Part shown: in pieces, positions 1-12,910 of the stretch
Layout: the number at the start of each line of letters is the position of its first letter
Numbering within the stretch: position 1 is the first letter of the stretch
Origin: Dimorphilus gyrociliatus
Lineage: Eukaryota > Animalia > Annelida
Length of the DNA stretch: 64,000 nucleotides
NCBI GenBank assembly: GCA_904063045.1
Contig: CAJFCJ010000005.1
Location: 4,059,689-4,123,688 of the forward strand
Direction of reading: 5' to 3'
Translations under genes and position numbers: made by a program
Notes under the pieces: generated by a model
Seen by the model: only the letters and a program-made list of their open reading frames with translations
Told to the model about the DNA's origin: nothing
Databases searched by the model: none

Positions 1-670
1 GAAATCTTTAATTTATAGATTATTATTGAATAGCTTTTTTGCCTCTTAATAGACTTTATCGCTTTTTTCTAATTATAGAGCATATATTTTGGACTTGTGC
101 CATTTTAAAGCACTAGCAAGTGTGCATTACATAATATTCTTGTCTGAACACGTTCAAGCGCGGGCGGCGCAATTCATAAATAGCCGTGTCACTATTCTTA
201 CTTTCGTATTAAAGCGTAACGTAACACTTTATAATGAATAGAAATGAAAGTAAGAAAAAAACCGCTGTATTTCGAATTTAAAGTACTAATTAAAATGAAG
301 TTTAATTAAATTCATTGAAGTTGAAATCTAAAAGGCAGAATAATTTCAATTTTTAAAATGATGAATGTTTATTGAAAATTACGAAAATTTCTTAAAAAAT
401 AGATTAATAACCTGATATCTCTAAACATATAATAAATAATACACTTAATTAGTATTTTTTCAGTTTTTATTAAATCATCCAAATTCAATGTTATTGTTGA
501 ACATATCCATTAAAAACGTATTCTGCTACAAAGTGCTTAAAATAACTTTTTACCTGTAAAAATGAGTTTCATATTTTTTTTCTATTTATTATTATCGCTT
601 TCTTTCTAACTCGCTCTCACGCTATCTAGCTTTCTCTCTTTTTTCACTATTTTCCTCTTTTTTCTTCTCT

Positions 671-709
671 CTTTCTCTCGCTTACTTACTCACTCGCTCT
701 CTTTCTTTC

Positions 710-740
<31 letters not shown>

Positions 741-767
741 TTACTTACTCATTCACTCTCTTTCTTT

Positions 768-824
<57 letters not shown>
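671..824. repeat. Pyrimidine-rich low-complexity tract: a ~60-bp imperfect tandem duplication followed by a (CT)n microsatellite
   Basis: ctttctctcgcttacttactca... occurs at ~671 and ~731; pure (CT)n runs ~776-824. Confidence 0.85.
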
Positions 825-828
<4 letters not shown>

Positions 829-861
829 CTCCCTTTTCTATCTTTTTCATATATTCTCTTA

Positions 862-2352
862 TTAACTTGGATAATAATATCCTAAACCAAACAGGATTAT
901 AAAAAGATAGATAAAGAAGAAAATTCTATCCATGACCAATGCGACAGCTCTCCACTCTTTACTAATCTTTGTGGTAACGTCCTTTTCGTAAAGTTTGTTA
1001 TTGAATGCCCTCAGAGCTCTTCTTATCTAATGAGAGAGAGAGAGGGAAAAAATAGAAAATTAGGTTAACTTCATGAAATGAATATAATTATACCTCTTTC
1101 ACTTCATTCTCCAAAGCTCCTTTTTGATGTATAGGTGATTCCATAGCAATATTACCGTTACAAGTTCCCTTATTATTATCGCAAGCTCCTGGTGGCGGTT
1201 GGAATTTGTTGTATTTCATTTCGGGGCACTTAATTCTTTTTTTTAGCTGTATATGAATAATAGAGAATTCGTTTATTAGTTGAAAGGGGGGATGGGAGAA
1301 TAATTGTACTGGGTTTTATCTTACTTTTTGTCTTCCATCAGGCGAATCAATTATGATCATTTGCTCGCCTCGTTTACCAAGACCTAATTCACCTTTCAAA
1401 CAGAGAAATCCACCGATAAATTCTACTAGAAACTTCCTCAACCAAAGGGGAACACGATTACGCTTGTCGCTTCGAAAGTATAAATTTATAATGATGACCG
1501 AGAGAAAAGTCGATAAAGTTATAAGAACGAGATTTAGGCAGAAATAGGCCCCAATTAATGGAATAGAGTGGCTGGCTGGAGGCGTACAATCAGCCAAAAT
1601 CCTTAAGAGGAGAAAGAAGGCTACAAAAATATTCATACCTAGAAAAATAATAGAATAAATGAGTAAATTTTTTGCAGTCGCTTCAATGTACTGTAACAAA
1701 CCAAGAATCATCTTTGCAGAAGATTCGGGAGGCAACCAAAATACAACTAATGTTAATAGGGAGAGAAGGACGCAGGGCAATATGAGAATGTAATTGTAAA
1801 AGGCGGCTGATCTCTTCAATTTGAAAGCGAATGTCAAATCCGGATAAGGTTCTGCGCAACAAGGGTAATATTTGACGTTTTTAACTGCAGGATGAGCCAG
1901 CAATATCCATTCGTTACTTGCCACATATTCCGTTATATCAACGGCTTCTAGACCCTCGTAAAAATCAATATTTAGCTTGAAACCGTCATAAGTCCAGCTC
2001 CCAAACTTCATTCTACATTCCTGAATATCGAAAGGGAAATATCTAATATCAATGGAGCATGTACTCTTGAAGATGCCTCTGGGAATCCACATAATATTTC
2101 CATCATGATTTACAATAGCATAAGCGTCACGATGTTCTTTGAGGCGTTCATCCGCACTGTATACAACATATCAATAAAATAGAGTGTTGTTTTGTAATAT
2201 TAATATATAGATATATAATAGAAGAAAAATTAAACAAACTAATTGTAAAGAACAATATCCGGAGTCCATATTGTATCAACAGGTACGCGAACTTTTTTGA
2301 TATTTCCAATATAATCTGCTGGATCCCATTTTAGAAAATTATCGTGCCAAGA
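862..2352 (-). CDS. nAChR alpha-type subunit, 3' cassette B (exon 3 to stop); no private signal-peptide or N-terminal exons found
   Basis: Exons 2352-2240 ([11 protein letters not shown]...WTPDIVLYN), 2156-1702 (Cys-loop [15 protein letters not shown], loop C YYPCC, M1, [11 protein letters not shown]), 1638-1325 (M2, M3), 1246-1094 and 1026-862 (M4 ...[22 protein letters not shown]). All junctions are GT-AG and phase-compatible, with no internal stops. Confidence 0.9.
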
Positions 2353-3086
2353 CTGAAAGAAATTTATGAAAAGCTCTTTTTTTAATCTATTTCTTTTAAT
2401 TTTTGTTTCTGTTTTATGTTTTTAAAAGGTGAAAAAAACACATTAAAACTAATTCCTTGTTTTTATGCTTTTATTGTATGTAGGCTTTATTTTTCATTAT
2501 CCTAATTCCCTATATCAAAAAATAGAATGAAACGCCAAACAGATGTTCATTTTTTTACTTGTTTATTTATGGTATATATATATACTAATATATATATATA
2601 TATATATTAATCTATGCATTAACATATTTACAATTTTGGAATGTTCTATTACAACCTGAGCAATGCTTATGAATTAGAACAACAATACGAGGTAATTGCT
2701 ACGAATTATTCATATTATTAGCACTTTAAACATCTTCGAATAGAAGAAAAAAGACGAAAGAGGATGATGAAACGGGAACGTCTAGAAACTTCTAAAGTTG
2801 AAGAAAGTGTGTGTGTGCCAATGTAACAATTTTATTAAAATGTTAATCATGTGTATACTTGTTCCTGATTGTATATGCAATTTACTATTTCTTCGTCTAA
2901 TGCCCTCCCTTAAAATTTTAACGGCCTATTCATTTTCGTTCAAAATTCCAATCAATTGACACTTTACTTGTTTCAGTGGGTGTCTTTGTCTTCATTAGTC
3001 TTGCCATTCTGTTGGTCTTTCCTTCGCGTATTATCTTTCTATCTGTCTCTCTCTTTCTCTTTCTTTCTTTCTATCTATCTATCTCA

Positions 3087-3118
<32 letters not shown>

Positions 3119-3295
3119 ATATTTCTCCTTCTTTCTCTCTTTCTCTCTCTCCTATTCTCTCAATAGTCTTTCACGCTTTGAGCACCTGTACAGTGACTTT
3201 TTAAGTGTCATTTTCTACACCAAAAATGTTAAACGTAAACAATCAAACGAACGAACAAATAAAAAAACAAACAGTCCAACAGACAACTGACAAAG

Positions 3296-5100
3296 TCAAC
3301 CTTTTGGAAAAATCGTTCCTAATGAAATAATGATTGTTGCTAAATACATAAAGAAAAACATCCTATCTAGGACTAGAGCAACGATTCTCCATTCCTTGAT
3401 AACTTTCGTTTGAGCATCTTTGTCATGAACTCTGCTCATATATGACTTGAGAATACGTTTTATTTCCTTTACGTCGTTCTCAATTATTGTCGTCTGCGCT
3501 AAATTGTTATGAGCTTGTCTAGTCGAACAATTTCCACGTAATGTGGTCGTTTCCTTCGATTGGTCCGGATGTGGTACTTGGAACTTATTGTATTTCAATT
3601 CTGGGCATCGAATTCGCTTTTTGTCCGACTTTTTACCTGGGTCTAAATGAATAGCGAAATCGTGTTTGCTTTGCTCCTCCGATTGAATTAGTTCTCCCCT
3701 CATGCATAGCATTCGGCCAAGATAATCGACCATAAACTGTTAAAGAATTGTTTCATTCAGTACCCTCTTTTTTTGAAAAATTCCAGTCTTCTAACTGATT
3801 TTGTAGTTGTTTTATTATTATGTTTTTAAAGGAAGCTTACTTTTTTCAACCACCTTGGTACCCTTGATTTTTTGTCTCCTCTAAAGTATAAATTGATAAC
3901 GATAACGGACAAGAATGTCGACAAAGTGATTAAGACCATGTTCAGGCAGAAATAAGCACCTGTGAAAAAGAAGAGGGAGGTCCAACAACAGGAAGATAAT
4001 TACGGGTTATATTATTAAAGCTATTGTTACTAATATTATTATTATTATTATTAATATTAATATTTTATACGCCTAATTGGTTTTAATAAGACAACCTATT
4101 AATGGGACAGAAGAGGCGGCTGGAGGTGTCGAATCGGCAAGAAGTAACAATAATAAAAAGAACGCAACGAAGATGTTCATTCCTGGTAAAATAAGAGATA
4201 AAAAAAAGGTAATATTAAATTCTGAGACTATGCCGCTTGTCTCTTTAACAAAACTAACCCAAAATCATCTTTGCCGGAGATTCGGGGGGGAGCCAGAAAA
4301 TGACAAGAGTCAACGAGGACAGTAGAACGCAGGGTAGAATTAGAATATAATTATAGAAAGCAGCGATCCGCTTAACCCTTATTATAAATGTCAAGTCGGG
4401 GTAAGGTTCATTGCAGCAAGGGTAATATTTAGTATGCTTGATGGCGGGTGCTTCTAGCAATCGCCATTCGTTCGATTTTATATAATCTCTCTGATCGACC
4501 TCCTCAATGTCGTTGTAGAATTTTAGATCGAGCTTCCACCCATCGTAAGTCCAACTACCGAATTTCAGTGTACAATTTTGAATATCGAAAGGGAAATGAG
4601 TAATATCAATTGGACAAGTTGATTTAAAAATCGATGGGGGTATCCACATAACTTCACCCAAGTAGCTTACAACCGCAAGGGCGTCTCTTTGTTCCTTTAA
4701 TCTGGTATCAGCGCTGAAAGAGACGAATAATGTTTAATTATCACCTTTCGTTTACATTATTGAATGAGAACTTACTAGTTATATAGCACAATATCGGGTG
4801 TCCATATGTTTTCAACAGGAACGCGAATTTGTTTCACGTTACCATACTCTTCTGGGTTCCATTTCAATAAAACATCCGTCCAACTCTGGAAAAAAATTAT
4901 TATTTCTATTTGTTGTATTTATAACAAATAAATTATACAGGGAAATTTATTTTGCTTAAAGCTAAAACCAAAGTGACGCCTTTAAATATCTAGAGAGACG
5001 TCTACCAAGTATTTTATTTCAGCTTAATGCTATGTTTGGTTTGGAAAATGAGTCTTTTAAGATACAAATGAGATTGGGAGTAAAAAAGTGAGACATAGCA

Positions 5101-5147
<47 letters not shown>

Positions 5148-8100
5148 AAGAGAGGGAGAAAGTGTAAGAGAAAGAGAGATAGAGACAGAGAAACTAAAAC
5201 GACCTTTAAAAACATTGCACTGTTTAACAAATACCAATTGAATTAGGTCTTAATTTAGTTTAAATAGAAAAAACCTTAATTTATTAAGGAAATAAACTAA
5301 AAACAGAATCCTCCAAAACTATTTATATTATTGTTATCATATTATTAATAATACTAAATCCAAAATTAAACTTTTTCTACGAAAATAAACATTGCGATTA
5401 TAAAAAAAAATAGAACGCCGTGTTAGAATAAAGATAAACAATGTTTCTTTTTTTTTACTTTTTACTCTTTTTTTTATATATATGTTATATCGTAATTATT
5501 TTACTAAGATTATTATAAGATTGATTAGCCCTATAGTTAGGATACGAAAGTAAACAAAGAGAGAATATTAACTAAGAGAAAAAATTTACACAGCTATCTT
5601 AATTAGACTGGTGCTTTTTTTTTTATTCTTTATTATTTTTTGTTTATATTTGTTTTTTCATTTTGAAGAAGAGATACCAAGATCGAGTAGAGAACGATGG
5701 TCTCTTATCATATAGTATTTTCTTGAGAAAGAGAAGTAGGTTCATTATCTCCTGGTTTTCTGGAATTACGAAAGTATTTATTAATTCAAGTAATAGTTTT
5801 TTTTTCTTCTACTTTTTCTTCCTTTGCTTTCTTTTATGTTTATTTTTTAAGTAGTTTATTTAAATATTCAAAAAAATTGTCAATAATCTACTTTTTGGTT
5901 TTAATTAATAAGAAATCCGTAATTCCAGAATTCTTTTGTTAGAGTATCAAATTAAGAATTTTCATATATATAAAAAGGCATAATACAAATATTTTCTTTC
6001 ATTTTCCTTTTTTTAAAAGGGAAACGTACGTATTGTATATCGAATTAATTGGGGGAAATGTTCTGCTGTATCACGTGATCAGCTATTAGAGGATCAATAA
6101 GGAGTGGTACTCGACCACAGTCTAAATATAGTGGAAAAAGAGAAGTAACTTACCGAAAGCTGCTCTTAAAAATTCCTTTGCGGGAGGCGAAAAAAAAACT
6201 CCCAGCTGAGAAAACTTTAAAAGAAAATAATCGGATGTCGTCTTCAATCGCGTACCAAAAAAAGAGGGCGATCAAGAGAGAGAGAGTGAGTGAGAGGCAG
6301 ACAGAGAGAGAGAGAGAGAGGGCGGAATTGCGTTATAGCGAGCGAGCGAGCGTTTTTTTTTAAACAGTATACAGCACAAATATATCCTTATACAATATAT
6401 ACAGCGTAAATACTGTATACATATAATTAAAAAGACCCAGATATATATATATATTCTGTATATTTACAGTATATATGCTTATTTGTTCTGTGCATATATA
6501 TAATCAACTACACACTTCTTAATTGTCTTAGTTACATATTAAAAAAAAAGACCTATTCCTTTTAATTATTCATTTTATATATGCCTCTGTTTGGTTGTTT
6601 CATACAAAGAGGGAATAGAATAGATAGAAACTACATGGTTGTAAAATGAAAGTAAAAAGAGAGGAACAGAAAAAAAACTATAAGTTTTAAATGAAAAATA
6701 ATAGAATAAAAGAAAAAAAGAAGGAATATTAAATTTGTACTCACGTATCTGCTCCAGACGTTGGTCGTTAAGACTTGATTCTTTTCATCCAAATCCAAAA
6801 TTTGGATTAGAGCCAAACCATAACTGACACGAACTGTTTCGGACGTATTAAATACTGGTCTTCCCACTTTACCGACTTCTTTGTAATCGCCGAGGACCTT
6901 CTTTATTAGCCTCTTTTCCTCGGACATCGTGACTCCTTGAGCTGTTAATGAATTGATGATATGTAACTAGTACATTCATAAAATATTCAAATATAATGAA
7001 AAATAAGTAGAATATTTGACGGCTGCTTCGTTAGCAACCAACAACGAAAATCCTAATGAGTTAAAATGACAACGAAACGCTGAAGAGTCATTTCATCATA
7101 ATTGTAAAATAATACAACACTGTACTGATGCCTTTATGGGGGAAAATGAACTCGGAAGAATCCTAATTGGAGAATTTCGCAGTTGGCGTCTCTATTGATT
7201 TATCGGAAAGATAAGCGAATACGACAGCACAATTTCCACTAGATAAAACTACATAGACGCCTAGTGAATTTATCGAGGATGCCCTTTTTTTTGCGTTCAT
7301 CTATTTCCAATTTTGTTGTCGTTTCTCAACTTTTCACTTCTATATTTTTTCTCTTTCAGTAGGCAAATTGATTACCTAGACCGATTGATTATACTTTATT
7401 AGACGAGAAAATCGAAGAGAATCGGTTTTTCCCCCCATACCCTCCCTTCTTTTGCACTGATTGGGATTGATTTATGCAGGCATTCGTCTTATGAGTACTG
7501 CGCTCGAAGCGCCGTCTATAGAATCGATATTTTTTCGGAGGGGAAAAAATTGCATCAAAGTCTCGTAAATAATTTAGTGATAGAATTCGAGGGAAAAAAG
7601 TAACGAAATAGAATAAGTTTAGGGCTAAAAAGGTTTTTTGAACTACTAAGTTCTTCTTTCCGAAGCTATTCGTTTGCTCTTAAATAAAATAACAACTACA
7701 CGTAACGTCCTTACCTATGGCCACTTGTTTAGGTAACGCTTAAGTAGATTTACTAATTAGGGAGAGGGGGTAAAAGTATTGGCGATGGAAGAGGCGAAGG
7801 GGTGTGAGAGAAAACGAAGGAGTATTGCTAAGAGGAAGGAATAAACCCTTAGAGCGACAGGAAAAAATTGATATAAGAAGAAATGTGAAAGAGAAAATCA
7901 TAAAGAGAACGAGGGAGTGAGAGAGAGATTGACGAGAATCGATTATGATGGACAATTGATTACTAAAAACTAGTGGATGATGAGTCGTTAATCGAAAAAA
8001 TTTTACGAAGTGAATCGTCTCTGGTCGAAATTTTACCTTGACACGTCACACATGGCTGATTATTTAAATCTTATAATTTACATAATTAGTCGTTTCGAGG

Positions 8101-8482
8101 GTAAAATGTATCCTTTAGAGATAAATTGGATATACGAGTATCTATAATTGATACACGTGATATATATATATATATATACTGTATATGTATGTACATATAA
8201 TGTATATATTGTATAACATATATAATACCGGAAAGCGATAAAGCGTCTCCCTGTTCTATCTCCCTCAAAAAAGATTTTGATAAGCAATTTTTAATTTCCT
8301 TCTTCCTTTTTACACTTTCTATATATTTTGTATAGATTTATATTTTGCTTACGTTCTTTCCTCGAGTCGAATCGATCATCTTCCGCTCCGAATTCATACT
8401 TTGAGGGATAATTCGTATCTTCACTTATCACTGCAGTAACAACGTCTAAAATCAACAACACGCACAGTCTTATCCGCGACAT
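3296..8482 (-). CDS. nAChR alpha-type subunit, full-length form with 3' cassette A (putative anion-selective class)
   Basis: Exons 8482-8353 (signal-peptide-like [20 protein letters not shown]), 6941-6745 (EEKRL...GRPV...[22 protein letters not shown]), 4885-4776, 4713-4259 (Cys-loop [31 protein letters not shown]), 4182-4096, 3959-3841 and 3736-3296. Splice phases match throughout. Confidence 0.93.
5104..5141. repeat. (GA)n microsatellite in an nAChR intron
   Basis: Uninterrupted GA dinucleotide run. Confidence 0.95.
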
Positions 8483-8565
8483 TTCTCTTCATAGTTTCTT
8501 CTCCATCTTCCCCTTCCCTGCTGTTTTTTGTACAGTCAATAGACGCCTGACTACGTCAGTTTCAA

Positions 8566-8634
8566 TGCCCCCTAGTGACGCCCTTTCGCTTTACCGATAT
8601 TATAATTTATAAGAAATTTTCACACTAGGTGGCC
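8566..8634. promoter_or_regulatory. Pair of oppositely oriented CTCF-like motifs just upstream of nAChR exon 1
   Basis: TGCCCCCTAGTGA (8566-8578, reverse-strand match) and ACACTAGGTGGCC (8622-8634) each differ at one core position from the consensus CCASYAGRKGGC. Confidence 0.45.
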
Positions 8635-8829
8635 CAGAGTACGAGTACTGTTTGAACGGTTTAAAACATGAAAATACAAAAACTGCTAAGGTTGGAGGTA
8701 AACAAGCTTTTTAGAAATCAATAGAAAATTTTATTCCTAGAGTAATTTCTCTGAATAAGTCATCCAACCGTCAGTCTTTATACACGATACAGTAAATCAA
8801 CCAACTAAGCTTTCCTAATTTCCTTTTGC

Positions 8830-8833
<4 letters not shown>

Positions 8834-8877
<44 letters not shown>
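8834..8877. repeat. (TA)n microsatellite
   Basis: Uninterrupted TA run. Confidence 0.95.
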
Positions 8878-8880
<3 letters not shown>

Positions 8881-10171
8881 TTATATACATGTACATACAT
8901 ATATACGTATATTGTATATAATACATTACTTTTCCTCCTTTGGTGTATAATGTATGTTAAAGGGCTAGATGATATGCATCTATATACTGTATATATATAT
9001 AAAAATATATACTATATATATATACAGTCTATAACCCTATTGTACATATAATATTATAAATGTACTTTATATAGAATATATATCTTTTCGCAAACTCTAC
9101 ACAAACAATACGTTAACAATACGTTGCACTCATTTCAGCAACATCCTTTTAGATATATACGCCCTTTATTTTCCTTTTCTTACTTTTTTTCTTTTCTTTT
9201 TCTATATAAACCAAAAAGGAAAAAAAATATTCTTTCTCTCTTTTCTTTTCTTTTCTCTAGTTTTCTTTCTTTCGTACTTTTTTCTTGTTTTCAAACTCAG
9301 CGACGCCTCCGTTATTTTTTCTTTAGATATCCGATATCATCTTTCTTGATCCGTTAACGATAGAATAATTAAAAAATCATTTGGAATGGTATAAAACGTT
9401 TCTATTATTTGATTGGGAGATAAAGAGAAGCGAATTTTTCCTATTTTATAGCATGAACTTTAGCTTTGCAATCAAATTGTCATTTTTATTATGTTTACAA
9501 TATATAAATATCAAGACAAAAGAATATCAAGATATCATAACCTGCTCCCTGGCCTTGCAACATTTATTCACCCATATAACGTGCGATTCCCCACTATCGC
9601 AATGCCCTATGGAAATTTTACTGATTGAGCCTTTCTACTATACTATATGTACTGGCCAGTTTCGTCGGCTATTGTCCGTGGTAATCAATAACTGTTCTTC
9701 TTTTTTATCTTTAACAGGAAGTAGCCACTTTGGGTAATGTTTATCTTGATTAATCGATAGAAATTTTCAACATTTGTGATATCGACAAAAAAAAATTATC
9801 GAAGAAAGAGACACCTAGATACAATTTTAAATATGATCTTTGACGAGAGTATACACAAATGTATGAATCTTCATATTTTCTGTAATATTTCTCTCTTACT
9901 CTCTATCTTCTGCCCTTCCTATTCCATCTTCCCTTTTCTTCTTGCCTGAACTTTACGTTAGTTACTTAACATACTTTCTTCCTTACTAAACCATCCCTTT
10001 AAATTAGAGGGAGGGTAGGAGTACTCTTCTAGTCCCATGACATTAAAGGTCGAAAGCACTCGTTTAGCTCGTCTTCTAACCTAATGACAACTCTTTGTAG
10101 GATATGATAGCTAGAAGGCTAGATAGTAGAGAGTTTGTAGTTTAATTTCTTTCTTTCAACTTTCCTACAAG

Positions 10172-10184
10172 CCACTAGATGGCC
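10172..10184 (+). promoter_or_regulatory. CTCF-like motif
   Basis: CCACTAGATGGCC matches the core consensus CCASYAGRKGGC. Confidence 0.45.
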
Positions 10185-12321
10185 TCCTCCACTAAGTTTA
10201 GCCTCCTACGTAAGATGCGCATCGTTGTTTCTTGTTTACTCAAACCGTGCTACATTAGTTCGATAGATTAAGAAATGTCGACGCCGGTAGCGATATCTGT
10301 GATAGGTTTTACCCCAAGGCATTATAGAGAGCAACTAAAAGGAAGGGAGTTAAGGAGGAAGCCGAGGATAGACGGGAAGAACGAAAGTGTTTAGGAAGGG
10401 TGAGAAGCACTGACGAATGAGAGACGCCACCTAACGAGAAAAATAAAAGGCAAAAAAAAAGTTGAAAAATATGATAGAATGATGATGTTGGAAAAGGAAG
10501 AAGAGAAAAAATAAATAGAGATTGACATTAACAATAAGAAGAATAGAAAAGGGTATGAGCAATTGGAACTTTTCAAAATAATTACTTTTAGTGAATAGAG
10601 GTTTTTACGGGTTTAAATAAACGTAAGTGTCTCATTTGTAAGAATAGAGATTATTTGACCAAAAGCTTAATAAACACATAACGTACAGTAAAAGGTGAAA
10701 AGAATTGGATAGTAAAAGGACAAATTTTTTTAACTAGGCAAACGAATATCTGGTCTTGAGTGCTTATTTCAAAGCAGGTGTAAATTTAATGAAAAATTGT
10801 GACGTCATATAATTATACTAAGATTGAAATCCTCTGTTGGATGTTATTTGTCGCTCAGATTGTAATATCCGCCCCTTGTAGCCTTTACTCTAAACAAATA
10901 TACAAAATCGGACAGAACGAGTACAATAAACATAAAGTATAATGGGAGAAGTGTGAAAACTGGGAAATGTTGCGCATTCTTGTGCAAAAATAGGCAATAT
11001 ACGATGATTTACAGTTCATGGGCCAATAGCCCTCCAATATCTTATATAATCTGCCATTAATTGACGCATTAGATTAAATATGGCAATGGTAAAAGAGTAG
11101 CAGTTGGGCTGACGTTCTATTTATTTTCCCATTTATAAATCGGCTTATGTCCAGCAACCGACTATAATTAACATGTAAATCACGAAAATTCTGGTCATCG
11201 GTTTAGGAGGCGCTGTCAATGAATGGTGGAAAACAGAAAGGACAGAGAAAGAGAGAGAGAGAGAATGAAGGCGGAGAAGTATGGGAGGAATAAGGAATTT
11301 TTCAGAAAACTGCAAATCAGATGATTGAGAAAGAGAGAGAGAGAGAGGAGTAGAAGAAAATATTAAAGATAACAAAATTTAGGCAACACTTTTGAAATTG
11401 TCTATAATGGACTAGGTGGATTTTTTGTTAAAAAAATCTAATTACACTTAATTGCTTACAAGGAGAAAGAGGAGTGTGGGAAAATAGAGGGAAGATTTTT
11501 TTTTGTTATCCTCTTATAGAACAATAACGGTAAATGGATGAATAATTATTTAAATTTGGGCCAAATACTAAAAAATTCGGCCATGTTGAATAACGAACGT
11601 AAACAATTACCGACTTGTTGGATTCCTATATGTTTATCAGATAAGCAAAGGGTCGGGTAAAGTCAGTCAATTATTTCTACTGAAAAGAAAGTGCTGTTTT
11701 ATATTGCTCTCACTACAGCAATATTTTTTATCTGCATTTTCCATCAACAAACAAGAAAAAAGACTATTCGATCAGTAAGGCAATACAATTAAATTTTCCT
11801 TTTCCCTATCGTCAATCCGGTATAAATTGAAATTCTATACTTTCATAGCTTATATTTCCATTTGCTATAAGGCCAGGGGCGTTTCTTTACTTCGCAAACG
11901 TAACATAATCAATTAAAGCCGACTAGAAAGGTCTACAAAAATCAAATTCTCCTACCTGGAAGTGAACCAATCAAAACAAGCAGATTGAGCCAACAACTCG
12001 CCTGCTTGGTCATCTTCTTCTATTACAACTGAACTTTTTATTATTCTTTATTTTTTATATAAAGTATAGTCTTGTATAAACAATTCACGTAGAGTCTGGG
12101 TCCAGTCTAGTCCAGTATGAAACTTTCGTCTATTTCTCTCATAGAAACCAAATGCGAAAAAAGAGGGGTGGGGGGTGGGGGTAAACTAAACAGAACTCAG
12201 TCACCGTCTCTCCAAGTTTTAGGCACCTTCCTGCTATAGTAATAATTTCATTAAAATATAACCATCTAAACAGAAACATGTAAACAGAAACATATATATA
12301 GTATATATATAGATACATATA

Positions 12322-12325
<4 letters not shown>

Positions 12326-12367
<42 letters not shown>
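12326..12367. repeat. (TA)n microsatellite
   Basis: Uninterrupted TA run. Confidence 0.95.
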
Positions 12368-12370
<3 letters not shown>

Positions 12371-12685
12371 GATATATACCGGTTTAATACATACAAAGAG
12401 CAGAGTTATTGATATTAAAATAAATAATCCAACCCAATAAAGAAAACACGTTCACTTTGATTTTGCTTGGCCTATGTAGTTACTTGTAATAAGCTGTCAA
12501 TCTATAGGATGAAACTTGAAAAAGTTTCGTAAAGGAGTCAGTAAAATCATTTTCGGTTGAGAACTTTTCTAGTACTTTCCAAAGTGGAGTATTAAGTGGC
12601 GAAGAGGAATTGTCTAGAGGGCGTCGTTGCAGAGGCTATTGGATGTTTTTCTTGCTGACGTTTCAATTAGAATGCTTTCGAATGT

Positions 12686-12910
12686 TTTTTAGCTGTTGAA
12701 AATTGATAAAGAAAAAATAATTAAACATTTTCTTAGGAGGCTCGAGTAGAAGAAAACTCGGTTTCAGACTAAGAATGTGTTTGCAATTAGGAAACTAGTT
12801 GCACTGTTGCATGACTTTTCATTCTCCAATTCAACTGTATTGGCTTTTCCTGTTTCATTATGCATTATATACTCCCCTTAATCCAATACACTTTTATCGA
12901 ATGTAGAGAG
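12686..12910. repeat. Degenerate direct repeat, copy 1 (possible decayed retroelement fragment)
   Basis: Shares collinear blocks with 15803-16050: gaaaattgataa(a)gaaaaaataattaaacattt, gaatgtgtttg(c/t)aatt and ttaatccaatac(a/t)ctt. Confidence 0.55.

Noticed and set aside
2956-3290. Hydrophobic plus-strand ORFs (82 and 104 aa)
   Set aside because: They are products of (CT)n and pyrimidine tracts in the nAChR 3' UTR; the same applies to similar S/L/F-rich ORFs at 5019, 9124, 11145, 27537, 29177, 48238 and 51554.
6154-6205. Donor CG|gtaagt and a possible acceptor inside nAChR intron 2
   Set aside because: It would give a 52-nt frameshifting exon or an ATG-less first exon; there is no coding or homology support.
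9381-9737. 118-aa ORF upstream of the nAChR gene
   Set aside because: No recognisable motif and no consistent splice partners on either strand.
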